53,711 bases of DNA from a virus (lineage: Duplodnaviria > Heunggongvirae > Uroviricota > Caudoviricetes), in the IMG/VR virus record IMGVR_UViG_3300037488_000489, positions 1-53,711 of that record; one strand, written 5' to 3'. How positions within the stretch are numbered: the first letter of the stretch is position 1; every line of letters begins with the position of its first letter. This document shows positions 32,334 to 41,592 of this stretch, in pieces. Made by a program: the position numbers and the translations under genes. The notes beneath the pieces were generated by a model. It was given only the letters and a program-made list of their open reading frames with translations, made no database searches and was not told the origin of the DNA.

Positions 32334-33155
32334 TTATTTACTATATCTAAATTGGTCATAGAACCATTTGTAATTGGTATAGATCCAATCTGTTACGTCC
32401 TTACCTAATAACTCTTTGGCCTTACTTCTTACAGGCTCAAGTTTTGTACGAATAACGTGATCCCCAAATGCACCGTACACTTCATCATCTTCTTTAGTAA
32501 CTTGTTCAATATTATCAAAATCATGTTGGTAATACGGTAAGCCTAGATATTCATATATCTTAATCATTGTAGTATCTGGATATAAACACAAGTCTTCAAA
32601 CCTTACAAATAACATTTTATTATTAATTCCTGTTCTAAATATCTCACTAAGTCTTTCAATAGCTAGTCCTACAGGAGGTTGTTGACTCCATATATCTATA
32701 CGCTTAGGTACAGTAGTTCCTTGTCCTTTAGACCAATCTAGAATATCTGATTGCTTCTCTGGATGTTTTCTAAAGTTACCTTCCATAGATGCAAATATAT
32801 CACGTAAGTCTCTCACCATACAAATGATTTTTGGTTCCTCGTTGTGTACAAACTGTAAGAAATCATAGTGTATGCCCCAACCTCTGCTTTTATCTATAAC
32901 ATATTTTTTATCTGTAATAGCATTATAGAAAGCATCCATACCAGATTTAGCAAATGCCTGCCATCCTTTTTTCATAGTTTCAGCATCTTGAGCTTTAAAC
33001 TCAGTAGAGCTTGTGTAATTAGCACGTGCACCAAATATTAATTCAAGTACACCAGATGTAGGTGTAGCATATATATCAGGGTTCTGTGCAAGGATGTTTT
33101 GTAACAATGTAGATCCTGACCTAGGTAAAGAACTTTGATAGAATATTTTTTCCAT
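32334..33155 (-). CDS. PAPS-dependent sulfotransferase, 273 aa
   Basis: 5'-PSB motif SLPRSGSTLLQNIL; 3'-PB motif VRDLRDIFAS; later VRFEDL. Confidence 0.9.
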   Translation of the reverse strand: MEKIFYQSSLPRSGSTLLQNILAQNPDIYATPTSGVLELIFGARANYTSSTEFKAQDAETMKKGWQAFAKSGMDAFYNAITDKKYVIDKSRGWGIHYDFLQFVHNEEPKIICMVRDLRDIFASMEGNFRKHPEKQSDILDWSKGQGTTVPKRIDIWSQQPPVGLAIERLSEIFRTGINNKMLFVRFEDLCLYPDTTMIKIYEYLGLPYYQHDFDNIEQVTKEDDEVYGAFGDHVIRTKLEPVRSKAKELLGKDVTDWIYTNYKWFYDQFRYSK

Positions 33156-34021
33156 TATTTTAAAGATTTAATTACATTGTTTATATTAAATATTTCAGAC
33201 TCATTGTTATAAGGAAATTCTATAAGCTCACCTGATATATTATATTTATTTAAATAAGAGTTCCTTAGTTCAGGAGAGATTGTTTCTGGATTAGCTACAA
33301 TATTTGTATGAATGTCATAACCAAACACATTAGGAACATTCACAACCCATAGTACAGTGGATGGTTTATTCAAAGCAGCTGCAGCATGTTGACCAAAGCT
33401 ATCCATCATTAATCTCTTATCACTTATACTTATAAGTACAAGAAGTGCTCTGAATGTATCAGTTACAGGAAATGTACCTTCATAATTTATTTGATCTTCT
33501 CTTCTTATATGAACAATGTTATATTCATCTTTAAATTCATGTATAACATTCTCAACCACATAACTAGGAATATCTCTAGCCCATGAGTATTTAACATCAG
33601 ATTCAGTTCCACCGTTTGTTTGTAATAGCAGAATAGGTTTATCAGACACAAACTTTTTACTAAAGAAATCTATTTCTCTTTTTGTAAGAAATAGTTCCCC
33701 AACAGTTTTAGTTACAGGTAAGTCATATAGCTTACACCAAGTTTCAATAAGATGTTCTTCTTGTTTGATGTGCTTTGTTTCTAGATAAGGATCGTGTGCA
33801 AACAACATAATCTCTTGATTCTCAATGTACTCCTTATAGAAATAAGCTTGTTGACCAAAGCCATAAGCTCTATCCACATTAGGATTACCTAGAAATACAT
33901 CTGGATAACCAGAGACAACAATTAGTTTACAATCAGGGTACTTAGTTTTTATTGAAGCACACACAGCTGTGGAGGCAATCACCTTGCCTATACCACCATT
34001 AATTTGAAATATTATATTCAT
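33155..34021 (-). CDS. GT9-like (heptosyltransferase-fold) glycosyltransferase, 288 aa
   Basis: N-terminal GGIGK loop, ...FLGNPNV, and C-terminal MDSFGQHAAAAL.KPSTVLW typical of GT-B/GT9 proteins. Confidence 0.7.
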   Translation of the reverse strand: MNIIFQINGGIGKVIASTAVCASIKTKYPDCKLIVVSGYPDVFLGNPNVDRAYGFGQQAYFYKEYIENQEIMLFAHDPYLETKHIKQEEHLIETWCKLYDLPVTKTVGELFLTKREIDFFSKKFVSDKPILLLQTNGGTESDVKYSWARDIPSYVVENVIHEFKDEYNIVHIRREDQINYEGTFPVTDTFRALLVLISISDKRLMMDSFGQHAAAALNKPSTVLWVVNVPNVFGYDIHTNIVANPETISPELRNSYLNKYNISGELIEFPYNNESEIFNINNVIKSLK

Positions 34022-34404
34022 AGTTTACCTTCTTTTTTCATTTGTTCTCTAATTTGTGTAGCAGATATATCATGTATCTCTTGTGGTGGTACATGTTCTA
34101 CAACATCATAACCCACTCCTCTTCCAAAATTTATAGACTCAATATCAGGGATAATCATGAGTCTCACTTTACCTTCTTCAATTAAATCATTTAATGCCTC
34201 TGCTAAGTTCATCATTATTTGATATGCAGACCATGGATTCTTTTCATCCTCTTTAACATCTCTTACACACAATAACACTTTCTTTCCTTGGTTCAATTGT
34301 TGATCAATTAACCATCTATGACCAGCATGCCAAGGTTGCCATCTTCCTATAAACATTGCATACCCATCTGTCTTACGGTTTCCTTCAGCTAAAATATTCT
34401 GCAT
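34018..34404 (-). CDS. HxGH nucleotidyltransferase (cytidylyltransferase-like/NadM-like), 128 aa
   Basis: FIGRWQPWHAGH and C-terminal ISATQIR motifs. Confidence 0.85.
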   Translation of the reverse strand: MQNILAEGNRKTDGYAMFIGRWQPWHAGHRWLIDQQLNQGKKVLLCVRDVKEDEKNPWSAYQIMMNLAEALNDLIEEGKVRLMIIPDIESINFGRGVGYDVVEHVPPQEIHDISATQIREQMKKEGKL

Positions 34405-34826
34405 ATACGTTTGATTTTATCTAAACTGTCTTCAATAGAAGTGTTAGAAGTGTTAATAATTAAATCTACATTATCCATATGAGGAACTTCAAAGTCTTTC
34501 ACTTTAAAGTCATCTCTACCTCTATCTTCTTCATAGATAAGGTAGATCCATTTAACACCTCTGTTTAATTTACTAAGGTACTCTCTAGCTTCTTCATAAG
34601 GATATACTAATGAGAGCACTACATTGTAGTTTTTTATCTTATCTAAATAATGAGCTATATCACTAGCTCTATTTAAATTCTTAATTCTACCTTCTCTACT
34701 ATAGTCTTTATTTTTAAAAAGGTCTCTTAACTCATCTCCATCTATGTGATGAAAGCCTTCTCCTATAAATTTTTTAGCTAGAGTGGTTTTGCCTGATGCA
34801 GGCTGACCAAATAATACTATTATCAT
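34389..34826 (-). CDS. cysC: Adenylyl-sulfate (APS) kinase-like protein, compact, 145 aa
   Basis: P-loop GQPASGKTT, IDGDELR, DYSREGR..NL, VVLSLVYPY and C-terminal FEVP, matching CysC motifs. Confidence 0.75.
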   Translation of the reverse strand: MIIVLFGQPASGKTTLAKKFIGEGFHHIDGDELRDLFKNKDYSREGRIKNLNRASDIAHYLDKIKNYNVVLSLVYPYEEAREYLSKLNRGVKWIYLIYEEDRGRDDFKVKDFEVPHMDNVDLIINTSNTSIEDSLDKIKRICRIF

Positions 34827-37800
34827 AGTAAGTGTTTTATTTTATTAATTACTGTTTCTGCAGATATACCTTTGTGACATTCAAATTGTCTATTAGTTCC
34901 TTTATGTACAGGACACCAATCCCAATCACCTTTATCAAACTTAAAGTTAGGATTATTCCAGCAACCATGACATAAGTTTGTATCTGTAATTCTTAAACAA
35001 TTAGATTGAAACTCATGATCTGCTTCTGTAAAGTTACTAATCATTACAGTTTGCTTACCCATCATCCAAGCTAACCAACTTAATCCTGAACTTAATCCTA
35101 TAAAGAACTTACTGTTCCAAATCATATTGATAGTGTTATCCATAGAAGTGTCTTCTATCTGTGTACAGTTATCAAATGGATTTTTTTCTTTAGATACATT
35201 GTACACTTTGTATCCATGATCAACTAGATAGTTAATCAAAGCTTGCCAACCTTGCTTAGTCCAGAACTTACATCCTGATGTACTATTAGTAGCAATTGTT
35301 ACAAATGTATCTTTGCCACTAAATTTAACTGGCTCGTAAGCAAATCTAGGTCTAATCTCTTTAAATTCTAACCCTAGTATGTTAGTAGCTGCTTTCTGTA
35401 AAGGGATAGTGTTACACAACACAGGTTCTTTATCTTTACCATATCTCCAGCCAACAATGTACTGACCGTGGATGTTGCCCACTACACTTCCTGGAGTGAC
35501 AAACTCAAGCTCTGGATACGCTTTCTCAAATAAGAAGTTCTTATATGTGCTCACTACAACATGACAGTTGTGTTTCTTTCTGAATTCATTGCAATACGGT
35601 ATCCAAGCAATAGTATCACCTAATGATTGACTATCTATACAGATGTATACACGCTTACCTTCATAGTTTAACGTTTCTTCAAAGATGAGTTCTCCATCTT
35701 CCCACACCCTAGCTGTCCACTTGGTAAACCATTGTCTATTTAACTTAACCCAACGGTTGCTAGTAATTGTATTTTCATAATGGCAAACTTCTTTCTCATC
35801 AAAGAATTTGATTAAGAAGTTGCTATCACTATTTCCTGTAATTTCTAAGGTGGGACTCTCTACAAATAGCAAAGATATGTTCACCTTTGTTTTCTTCTTC
35901 TTTTTAGGTTTGATAGGAAGGAACATTATGTTGTTGTACAATTCATCATGTTCTTCTGCAAATCTATTTTCTGGTATATTATAATGAACAATACCTTGTA
36001 TAAACTTTGATCTAACTTCATCTAAGTCAGTATCTATAGGTAGAAGATAGTTGGTAAACATATCTTCATACTGTGGTAGGTTTCTAGCTACAACAGGTAG
36101 AGCATATCCAATTGCTTCTCTAAGTACTAGAGGATTACACTCCCATGTACTATTAAACATAAAGATGTCTGCAGCTTTTAAGAACTCATCTACATCATCT
36201 CTTTCTCCCCACACGGTTACATTACTTGGTAAGTCTTCCATCAATGGTTCCCAATACTCTTTAAAATTAGGGGCTTGATTACCTACAAAATGGAACTCCA
36301 TGTGAGGATATCTTCTAGCTATCTCTATACCTTCCTTTTGATTCTTACCAGGAGTCCATAGTCCTACATTGACAACAGCAGTTTTAAATGGAGCAAAGCC
36401 CAACTTATCTTTTGCAATTATCTTAGATAGAACACCTGGCTGCTTATTCTCTATTGGAAACTGTATCACTTTCTTGTGAGCTTGCATATTAGCAAATGTC
36501 TTAAGATGATATGTTGTACAGAAAGCATATGCTTCTGGCTCATACTTCTTAAGTTCATCAGGATTAAACCAAACATTATGACATGTCTCAACTATTCTCC
36601 AGGTTCTATCAGGAGCATACAATGCATCTAATAACTGAGGGCTTATTTGATTAAAGCTCTCAAACCCTTCTAACATTTCTTCTACATGTACAACATCAAT
36701 ACTATTCTTTTTGATGATGTCAATGAGCTCCATCTTGTTCTCCTCTAGTGTAAAGAATCTATTCTCAGGTACTAATTCTTTGATTTGATTCTTCTGCACT
36801 ACATACACTGGACTGAAGTTGGAATACTCCACTACATAAATTCGTACGAAATTTTGTAATTCTTGCACTCTTTTTAGGAGGAAAGATGGCATCCCACCTG
36901 TAGATAGGTGAGGGGCTAAGAACAATACATTTAATTTATTCTCTGTATGCACCAAAGCATCTATCATACTAAGCATTACACTTGGATCTTTCTCTCCATG
37001 TAAGAATAATAATTTATGTTTATTATCTGGTAATCTTGACCAGCTTCCGTGGTGTTTTCCCCACTCAAGTTTATCGTAGATGTCTTCTATTCTATCTAGG
37101 CTAGCATTAGTATAGATGTAAGGTAAGCCATCTAACACTCCCCACTTCCACAATAGCACGTTAGCTATTGTTTCTTCATGGTATGGAGCATACCACTCAT
37201 GGTTAGCCATCACTTTAGGATGAGTACACATCCAGTACCACTCATCTAAGAAATCAAAGCAGTAGTGGTTAGCTACAAAGTATCCTGTTTGTCTATATCT
37301 CTGTCTGACATATTGATTGACACCAAACAATTCACACGCTGGTGCTTCAAGTGTAGTAGACATATCTTCTCTAGTATCAGCACCACCTCTACCATTGATG
37401 TGTAGATAATCATAGATACCTTCTACAAAGTAAGGGTAGTTCATCTTAGGATACATATCAAAGATGCTATCAATATATTCTGTAGCCACACTGTCACTAT
37501 CTATATAAGCTACTGTATGAGCACAGTTTAATAGAGCATCTTTAACAATCATTGGACGTTCTATCAACAGTCTATAGACATTCTTATCACTTCTATCAAT
37601 GTATTTGTTGATAGAAAGTTTTGGTAGATTAGACTTCCACATAATTGTTGTAGCACCAGGAATATCTGCAGTGGTATCTAATAAATATACATAGATGGGA
37701 AGTTCACTATATCTTCTTATAGAAGCTACACAAGCTTTAACAGTAGGGACATAAGATGCATTTGCATATAAAACGTACGCTTTTTCAGCTTTTATATGCT

Positions 37801-38299
37801 TATTCGTATAATATCCATACAAATGGTTGCTATAAAGTTCAACTAGCTGGGGGTATCTAGTCTTCATAACACTATGAGTCAGGTCCTCCTGGAGATGAGT
37901 TTCATATGTATTACCATACTCCTCACCATCCTGAGCCATCATATATGGCACAGCTACCAAACATTCCTTACCTGCATCTGTTATATCTGTAATAAGCTTC
38001 TGACCTTCTTCAGCTGTAAGATGTTCTAGTATATCTCCTAAGATGATGTAGTCATATTCTGACCAGTCAAACTTACGGATGTCTGCATTATGTACTGTTC
38101 CGTACCAATCTTTCAGTTTGAATTCTTCAATGTAAGGGGCCCAAGCTTCAACAGCATCTATATCATAACCAATATCTTCTAAAAGCTTAGCGTAAGTACC
38201 CTGTCCAGGGCCCACATCTAGTATCTTTTTATGTGTAGGAACATGATGTTCAAAGTATTTCTTAATCTCAGGTTTATAAAAAGTATAACTATTTGGCAT
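34823..38299 (-). CDS. Four-domain enzyme: class I SAM methyltransferase + GT-A (DxD) + GT4 (GT-B) + autotransporter strand-loop-strand O-heptosyltransferase (TibC/Aah-like), ~1158 aa
   Basis: ILDVGPGQG; AYIDSDS; APHLSTGG...DIFMFNSTWECNPLVLREA; SLGDTIAW...GLSSGLSWLAW...CHGCW...DWDWCP...FEC. Start moved from the track's 38320 to the ATG at 38299 because a -7 box lies at 38318-38325. Confidence 0.8.
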   Translation of the reverse strand: MPNSYTFYKPEIKKYFEHHVPTHKKILDVGPGQGTYAKLLEDIGYDIDAVEAWAPYIEEFKLKDWYGTVHNADIRKFDWSEYDYIILGDILEHLTAEEGQKLITDITDAGKECLVAVPYMMAQDGEEYGNTYETHLQEDLTHSVMKTRYPQLVELYSNHLYGYYTNKHIKAEKAYVLYANASYVPTVKACVASIRRYSELPIYVYLLDTTADIPGATTIMWKSNLPKLSINKYIDRSDKNVYRLLIERPMIVKDALLNCAHTVAYIDSDSVATEYIDSIFDMYPKMNYPYFVEGIYDYLHINGRGGADTREDMSTTLEAPACELFGVNQYVRQRYRQTGYFVANHYCFDFLDEWYWMCTHPKVMANHEWYAPYHEETIANVLLWKWGVLDGLPYIYTNASLDRIEDIYDKLEWGKHHGSWSRLPDNKHKLLFLHGEKDPSVMLSMIDALVHTENKLNVLFLAPHLSTGGMPSFLLKRVQELQNFVRIYVVEYSNFSPVYVVQKNQIKELVPENRFFTLEENKMELIDIIKKNSIDVVHVEEMLEGFESFNQISPQLLDALYAPDRTWRIVETCHNVWFNPDELKKYEPEAYAFCTTYHLKTFANMQAHKKVIQFPIENKQPGVLSKIIAKDKLGFAPFKTAVVNVGLWTPGKNQKEGIEIARRYPHMEFHFVGNQAPNFKEYWEPLMEDLPSNVTVWGERDDVDEFLKAADIFMFNSTWECNPLVLREAIGYALPVVARNLPQYEDMFTNYLLPIDTDLDEVRSKFIQGIVHYNIPENRFAEEHDELYNNIMFLPIKPKKKKKTKVNISLLFVESPTLEITGNSDSNFLIKFFDEKEVCHYENTITSNRWVKLNRQWFTKWTARVWEDGELIFEETLNYEGKRVYICIDSQSLGDTIAWIPYCNEFRKKHNCHVVVSTYKNFLFEKAYPELEFVTPGSVVGNIHGQYIVGWRYGKDKEPVLCNTIPLQKAATNILGLEFKEIRPRFAYEPVKFSGKDTFVTIATNSTSGCKFWTKQGWQALINYLVDHGYKVYNVSKEKNPFDNCTQIEDTSMDNTINMIWNSKFFIGLSSGLSWLAWMMGKQTVMISNFTEADHEFQSNCLRITDTNLCHGCWNNPNFKFDKGDWDWCPVHKGTNRQFECHKGISAETVINKIKHLL

Positions 38300-38303
38300 A
38301 ATG

Positions 38304-38334
38304 ATGGTTATTTTGAACAAAATTAGTATATTTG
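38304..38334 (+). promoter_or_regulatory. Rightward promoter ATGGTTAT-N15-TATATTTG
   Basis: -7 box at 38327-38334, upstream of 38359. Confidence 0.65.
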
Positions 38335-38348
38335 TTGTAAATAAACAA
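38318..38348 (-). promoter_or_regulatory. Leftward promoter TTGTTTAT-N15-TAATTTTG for the glycosylation/sulfation operon
   Basis: -7 box at 38325-38318 on the - strand; TTG 20 nt upstream. Confidence 0.7.
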
Positions 38349-38358
38349 CAAAATTTTT

Positions 38359-38727
38359 ATGCAAATAGAAGTAAGTATTGGGGAAGTTGTGGACAAATGG
38401 ACCATCCTTTCCATTAAGGCTTTGAACATTACAGACAAAGACAAACTTAAGAACGTTTTTGTTGAGAAAAACTACTTAAATACAGTGATTGACCCTGAAA
38501 TTCTACACGATCCACTAGTAGATGATCTACTTAAGACAAATAAAGCTCTTTGGGATGTAGAAGACTTGCTCAGAGACTTTGAAAGAGCTAATAGTTTTGG
38601 CCCAGAATTCATTGATTTGGCTAGGTCTGTATACAAATTGAACGATAAAAGAGCACATATTAAAAAAGAAATTAATATTAAGTACTTCTCTGAGTTTGTA
38701 GAGGAGAAATCCTACAAACCATATTAA
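38359..38727 (+). CDS. DUF6165-like helical protein, 122 aa
   Basis: EVSIGEVVDKWTILSIK...LWDVED.LR..E...F...FI.LARSVY.LND.RA.IK..IN pattern. Confidence 0.75.
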   Translation: MQIEVSIGEVVDKWTILSIKALNITDKDKLKNVFVEKNYLNTVIDPEILHDPLVDDLLKTNKALWDVEDLLRDFERANSFGPEFIDLARSVYKLNDKRAHIKKEINIKYFSEFVEEKSYKPY

Positions 38728-38735
38728 AAAAAGAT

Positions 38736-38766
38736 TTGGTTATATCAAATCTTTTACATAGTTTTG
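38736..38766 (+). promoter_or_regulatory. Promoter TTGGTTAT-N15-TAGTTTTG
   Basis: Canonical TTTG-N20-TAnnTTTG, 9 nt before the ATG at 38776. Confidence 0.7.
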
Positions 38767-38775
38767 CTCATACAT

Positions 38776-38982
38776 ATGCCATTGGTAAAGAGACACATAG
38801 CTAAGACTATTAGCTATAGAATAATCAGCACCTTAATAGGTTTCCTAATAATGTGGTGGATCAGTGATTCTATCAAGGTGGGAGCTGCCTTTGGGGTAGC
38901 TGAGCTTATCTACAAGCCTGTTCAATATTACCTTCACGAACGTTTCTGGTACAAGTGGATTAAGTACGGATTGAAGAAATAA
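38776..38982 (+). CDS. DUF2061-like small membrane protein, 68 aa
   Basis: RHIAKTISYRI...YYLHERFW pattern with two hydrophobic helices; start moved to the ATG at 38776. Confidence 0.8.
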   Translation: MPLVKRHIAKTISYRIISTLIGFLIMWWISDSIKVGAAFGVAELIYKPVQYYLHERFWYKWIKYGLKK

Positions 38983-39002
38983 AATTTTATTTATAAACTA
39001 CA

Positions 39003-39050
39003 TAGAATGATCTTCTCCCAATTAGGGGGACAGGCATTCTATTTTCTATT
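39003..39050 (+). terminator. Hairpin (terminator or leader) before the lysis cassette
   Basis: TAGAATG...CTCCC-AATTA-GGGGG...CATTCTA followed by TTTTCTATTTT. Confidence 0.45.
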
Positions 39051-39057
39051 TTAAAAC

Positions 39058-39366
39058 ATGACAACAAAACAAGAAAATGTTTCAGAAGTTAGTGCATTTA
39101 AGGTTTGGATATTTCCTAGCCTAGTGTCAATAGTTAGTCTTCTAATCTGGAACGATGTTAATGAAATCAAATCTGATGTCAAAGCTTTGATGGCTCAGTC
39201 TAATATAGACAAGACACGTATTGATAATTTAGAAAGACTTGTTTATAAGAAAACAGCGTCTCTTCCTTTTGATTTACCTATTGCAGATTTAGAGATGGAA
39301 AGCTATGCTATTCTGCCTAATAAAAAAACAATTAAAAATAAAAAACATGAAGAAATTCTTTTCTGA
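39058..39366 (+). CDS. Single-TM plus coiled-coil membrane protein (holin/antiholin-like), 102 aa
   Basis: TM segment VWIFPSLVSIVSLLIW then heptad repeats; located in the lysis cluster. Confidence 0.5.
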   Translation: MTTKQENVSEVSAFKVWIFPSLVSIVSLLIWNDVNEIKSDVKALMAQSNIDKTRIDNLERLVYKKTASLPFDLPIADLEMESYAILPNKKTIKNKKHEEILF

Positions 39367-39598
39367 TCTATTTGATGATAATAACACAATCAATGAGAAA
39401 GCTGTAATTGGCTTTGCTTCTTTTGTAATTATGGTGGTGTTTGCTTTGGCAGATATTATCACTGGTACATTACATAAAGAGTTGGTTGTCAATGAATTCA
39501 TATATGATTCATTCAAGGTGCTAACTATAGCTTGTTTTGGAATTGCTTCTGTAGACAAGTTTATCAATAAAAAGAACCAAACTGAAGATAATGAATAA
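39347..39598 (+). CDS. Putative holin with 2 TM helices, 83 aa
   Basis: Two hydrophobic segments and a charged C-terminus; ATG at 39347 after an A-rich leader. Confidence 0.55.
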   Translation: MKKFFSDLFDDNNTINEKAVIGFASFVIMVVFALADIITGTLHKELVVNEFIYDSFKVLTIACFGIASVDKFINKKNQTEDNE

Positions 39599-40190
39599 AC
39601 TGCTTACTGTCATAATTTTTGTTTTACTAGCATTTATATTTTTTCAAAACGATGGATGCACTTACATAGACAAAAAGTCTGAAATAGTAACTGTCCACGA
39701 CACTGCCTGGGAAGTTCATGACTCATTGATTGTTAAGAAGATAAAGATTAAAGAGACAATACATGACACTATTGCAACTCCTCCAGAATATATAGCAGAC
39801 ACAAACTATCCAATTCTTAAGCTTCAATACGAAGCGTTAGTATCAGAGTTCTTAGCTAAGAATGTCTATGCTGACACAGTGAAATTGGATACATTAGGTT
39901 ATGTAGCTGTAGCTGATACAGTGTATAAAAATGAGTTATTAAATAGATCTTACAAATACAACTATAAGATTCCTACAATCACTGTAACAACCACTATTAC
40001 TAAGTATGCTCCTCTTAAAGGGGCTCTATTTATAGGTGGAGGCATTGCAGGTAATAAGAATAATTTAGATGTTTTACAAGGGGGGCTTCTATACAAATCT
40101 AAAAAAGATAAAATATTTGGATTAAATATTGGAATCAACAATAATAGTCAAGTTATATATGGTTTTCAATCATATTGGAAAATTAAATAA
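39591..40190 (+). CDS. Membrane-anchored/exported lysis-cluster protein, 199 aa
   Basis: N-terminal hydrophobic helix ending ..NDGC; C-terminal amphipathic beta strands ending YWKIK. Confidence 0.6.
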   Translation: MNKLLTVIIFVLLAFIFFQNDGCTYIDKKSEIVTVHDTAWEVHDSLIVKKIKIKETIHDTIATPPEYIADTNYPILKLQYEALVSEFLAKNVYADTVKLDTLGYVAVADTVYKNELLNRSYKYNYKIPTITVTTTITKYAPLKGALFIGGGIAGNKNNLDVLQGGLLYKSKKDKIFGLNIGINNNSQVIYGFQSYWKIK

Positions 40191-40195
40191 AACAC

Positions 40196-40357
40196 ATGAA
40201 AAAAATTATTGAACTTGTCAAAAGCCTTTTTGGTGAAGGGTCTTTTGCTAAAAAATTATTAACTATCAAAAGCTTAGAGAAAGAAGTTAAAGCTGTAGTT
40301 AATGGTTCTGAAGAGAAAATAGAAAAAGTTAATCATAAAAAGAAAAAGAAAAAATGA
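40196..40357 (+). CDS. Small basic protein with poly-Lys tail, 53 aa
   Basis: Manual translation MKKIIELVKSLFG...NHKKKKKK*; ATGA overlap with the endolysin start. Confidence 0.6.
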   Translation: MKKIIELVKSLFGEGSFAKKLLTIKSLEKEVKAVVNGSEEKIEKVNHKKKKKK

Positions 40358-40959
40358 ATTTAGATAAATTAAAAGGACACATTCCTGACACAGTGATTGC
40401 TCAAATCCCTGCTGTACAAGAGAAGTTTGAGATCAATACTCCTTTACGTTTAGCTCATTTCTTGGCTCAATGTGGACATGAATCTGGCGGCTTCAAAGCT
40501 GTTTCAGAGAACTTAAATTACGGTGCTGCTGGTTTACAGAGCATCTTTAAAAAATACTTTACTCCTGTGAGTGCTAAAGAGTATGAACGCAAGCCTGAAA
40601 AGATTGCTAACATTGTCTATGCTAATCGCATGGGTAATGGTCCTCAAGCTAGTGGAGAAGGTTGGAAATTTAGAGGTCGTGGTTACATCCAGTTGACTGG
40701 TAAAGATAACTACACAGCTTTTGATAAGTCAGTAGAGGATGATATTGTTGCCACTCCTGATCTTGTAGCTACAAAGTATCCTTTATTATCTGCTGCTTGG
40801 TTCTTCCATAAGAATGGATTACACAAGATTGCTGATGAGGGGGCTACAGATGCTGTGGTTACCAAGGTGACTAAGCGTGTTAATGGTGGAACAATTGGTC
40901 TTCCTGATCGTATCAAACATTTCAACGAATACAATAACTTATTAAACGGAAGCATATAA
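40354..40959 (+). CDS. Glycoside hydrolase family 19 endolysin, 201 aa
   Basis: RLAHFLAQCGHESGGF, FRGRGYIQLTGKDNY, SAAWFF and TKRVNGG motifs. Confidence 0.92.
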   Translation: MNLDKLKGHIPDTVIAQIPAVQEKFEINTPLRLAHFLAQCGHESGGFKAVSENLNYGAAGLQSIFKKYFTPVSAKEYERKPEKIANIVYANRMGNGPQASGEGWKFRGRGYIQLTGKDNYTAFDKSVEDDIVATPDLVATKYPLLSAAWFFHKNGLHKIADEGATDAVVTKVTKRVNGGTIGLPDRIKHFNEYNNLLNGSI

Positions 40960-41261
40960 TGGCAGCAAAAAAAGACTTAAATGTATCAGCAAATCCTTTA
41001 CCTATATCGTTTAAGGAGTTTGCTAAAAACCCAATAGTAGGCACCCTTTTCTTGGTGCTTATTGCTATTTCATACCTATATATAGATGTTCGTACAACAT
41101 TTAAAGAGCAGGCAACTTCTCAGAATGTACGTATTGAAAAGGTGGAAACCAGATTAGATAAAGTGCAAGAAGCATTAAGAGTTAGTGATAGCACTAAGGC
41201 TGTGACTACTACTCAGTTACAAACTCTACAACAATTAGGTGCAATCAAAAAACTTAAATAA
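40959..41261 (+). CDS. TM plus coiled-coil protein (i-spanin-like candidate), 100 aa
   Basis: IVGTLFLVLIAISYLY TM followed by a coiled coil; directly after the endolysin. Confidence 0.5.
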   Translation: MAAKKDLNVSANPLPISFKEFAKNPIVGTLFLVLIAISYLYIDVRTTFKEQATSQNVRIEKVETRLDKVQEALRVSDSTKAVTTTQLQTLQQLGAIKKLK

Positions 41262-41262
41262 T

Positions 41263-41592
41263 ATGAAAAATATATTATATATATTAGTATTATTTGCATA
41301 TGGATGTCAAATTGGTACAGCTCAGCAAGTTGATGGAACAGCTAAGGAAGATAAGGAATTTGAACTTCTACTTAACAAAGTTTCAGAAAACAATAAGGCT
41401 GGTGCAGTTGTACAAGAAGGTGCTACCAAAGCACAAACAAAAATAGTAAACCAAGCAGTTAACCAAATAGTATCGTTAAAAGCAGAGGTTAGTTCATTAA
41501 AATCTGAATTAAATGATGTTAAAAGCAAACTTGATAGTAATCTTAGTGACACTGGTGTCAAATTTAGGTTATTGCCAGTATCCAATCGTTAA
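41263..41592 (+). CDS. Putative lipoprotein with coiled coil (o-spanin-like candidate), 109 aa
   Basis: MKNILYILVLFAYGC lipobox-like signal; long coiled coil; start moved to the ATG at 41263. Confidence 0.5.
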   Translation: MKNILYILVLFAYGCQIGTAQQVDGTAKEDKEFELLLNKVSENNKAGAVVQEGATKAQTKIVNQAVNQIVSLKAEVSSLKSELNDVKSKLDSNLSDTGVKFRLLPVSNR

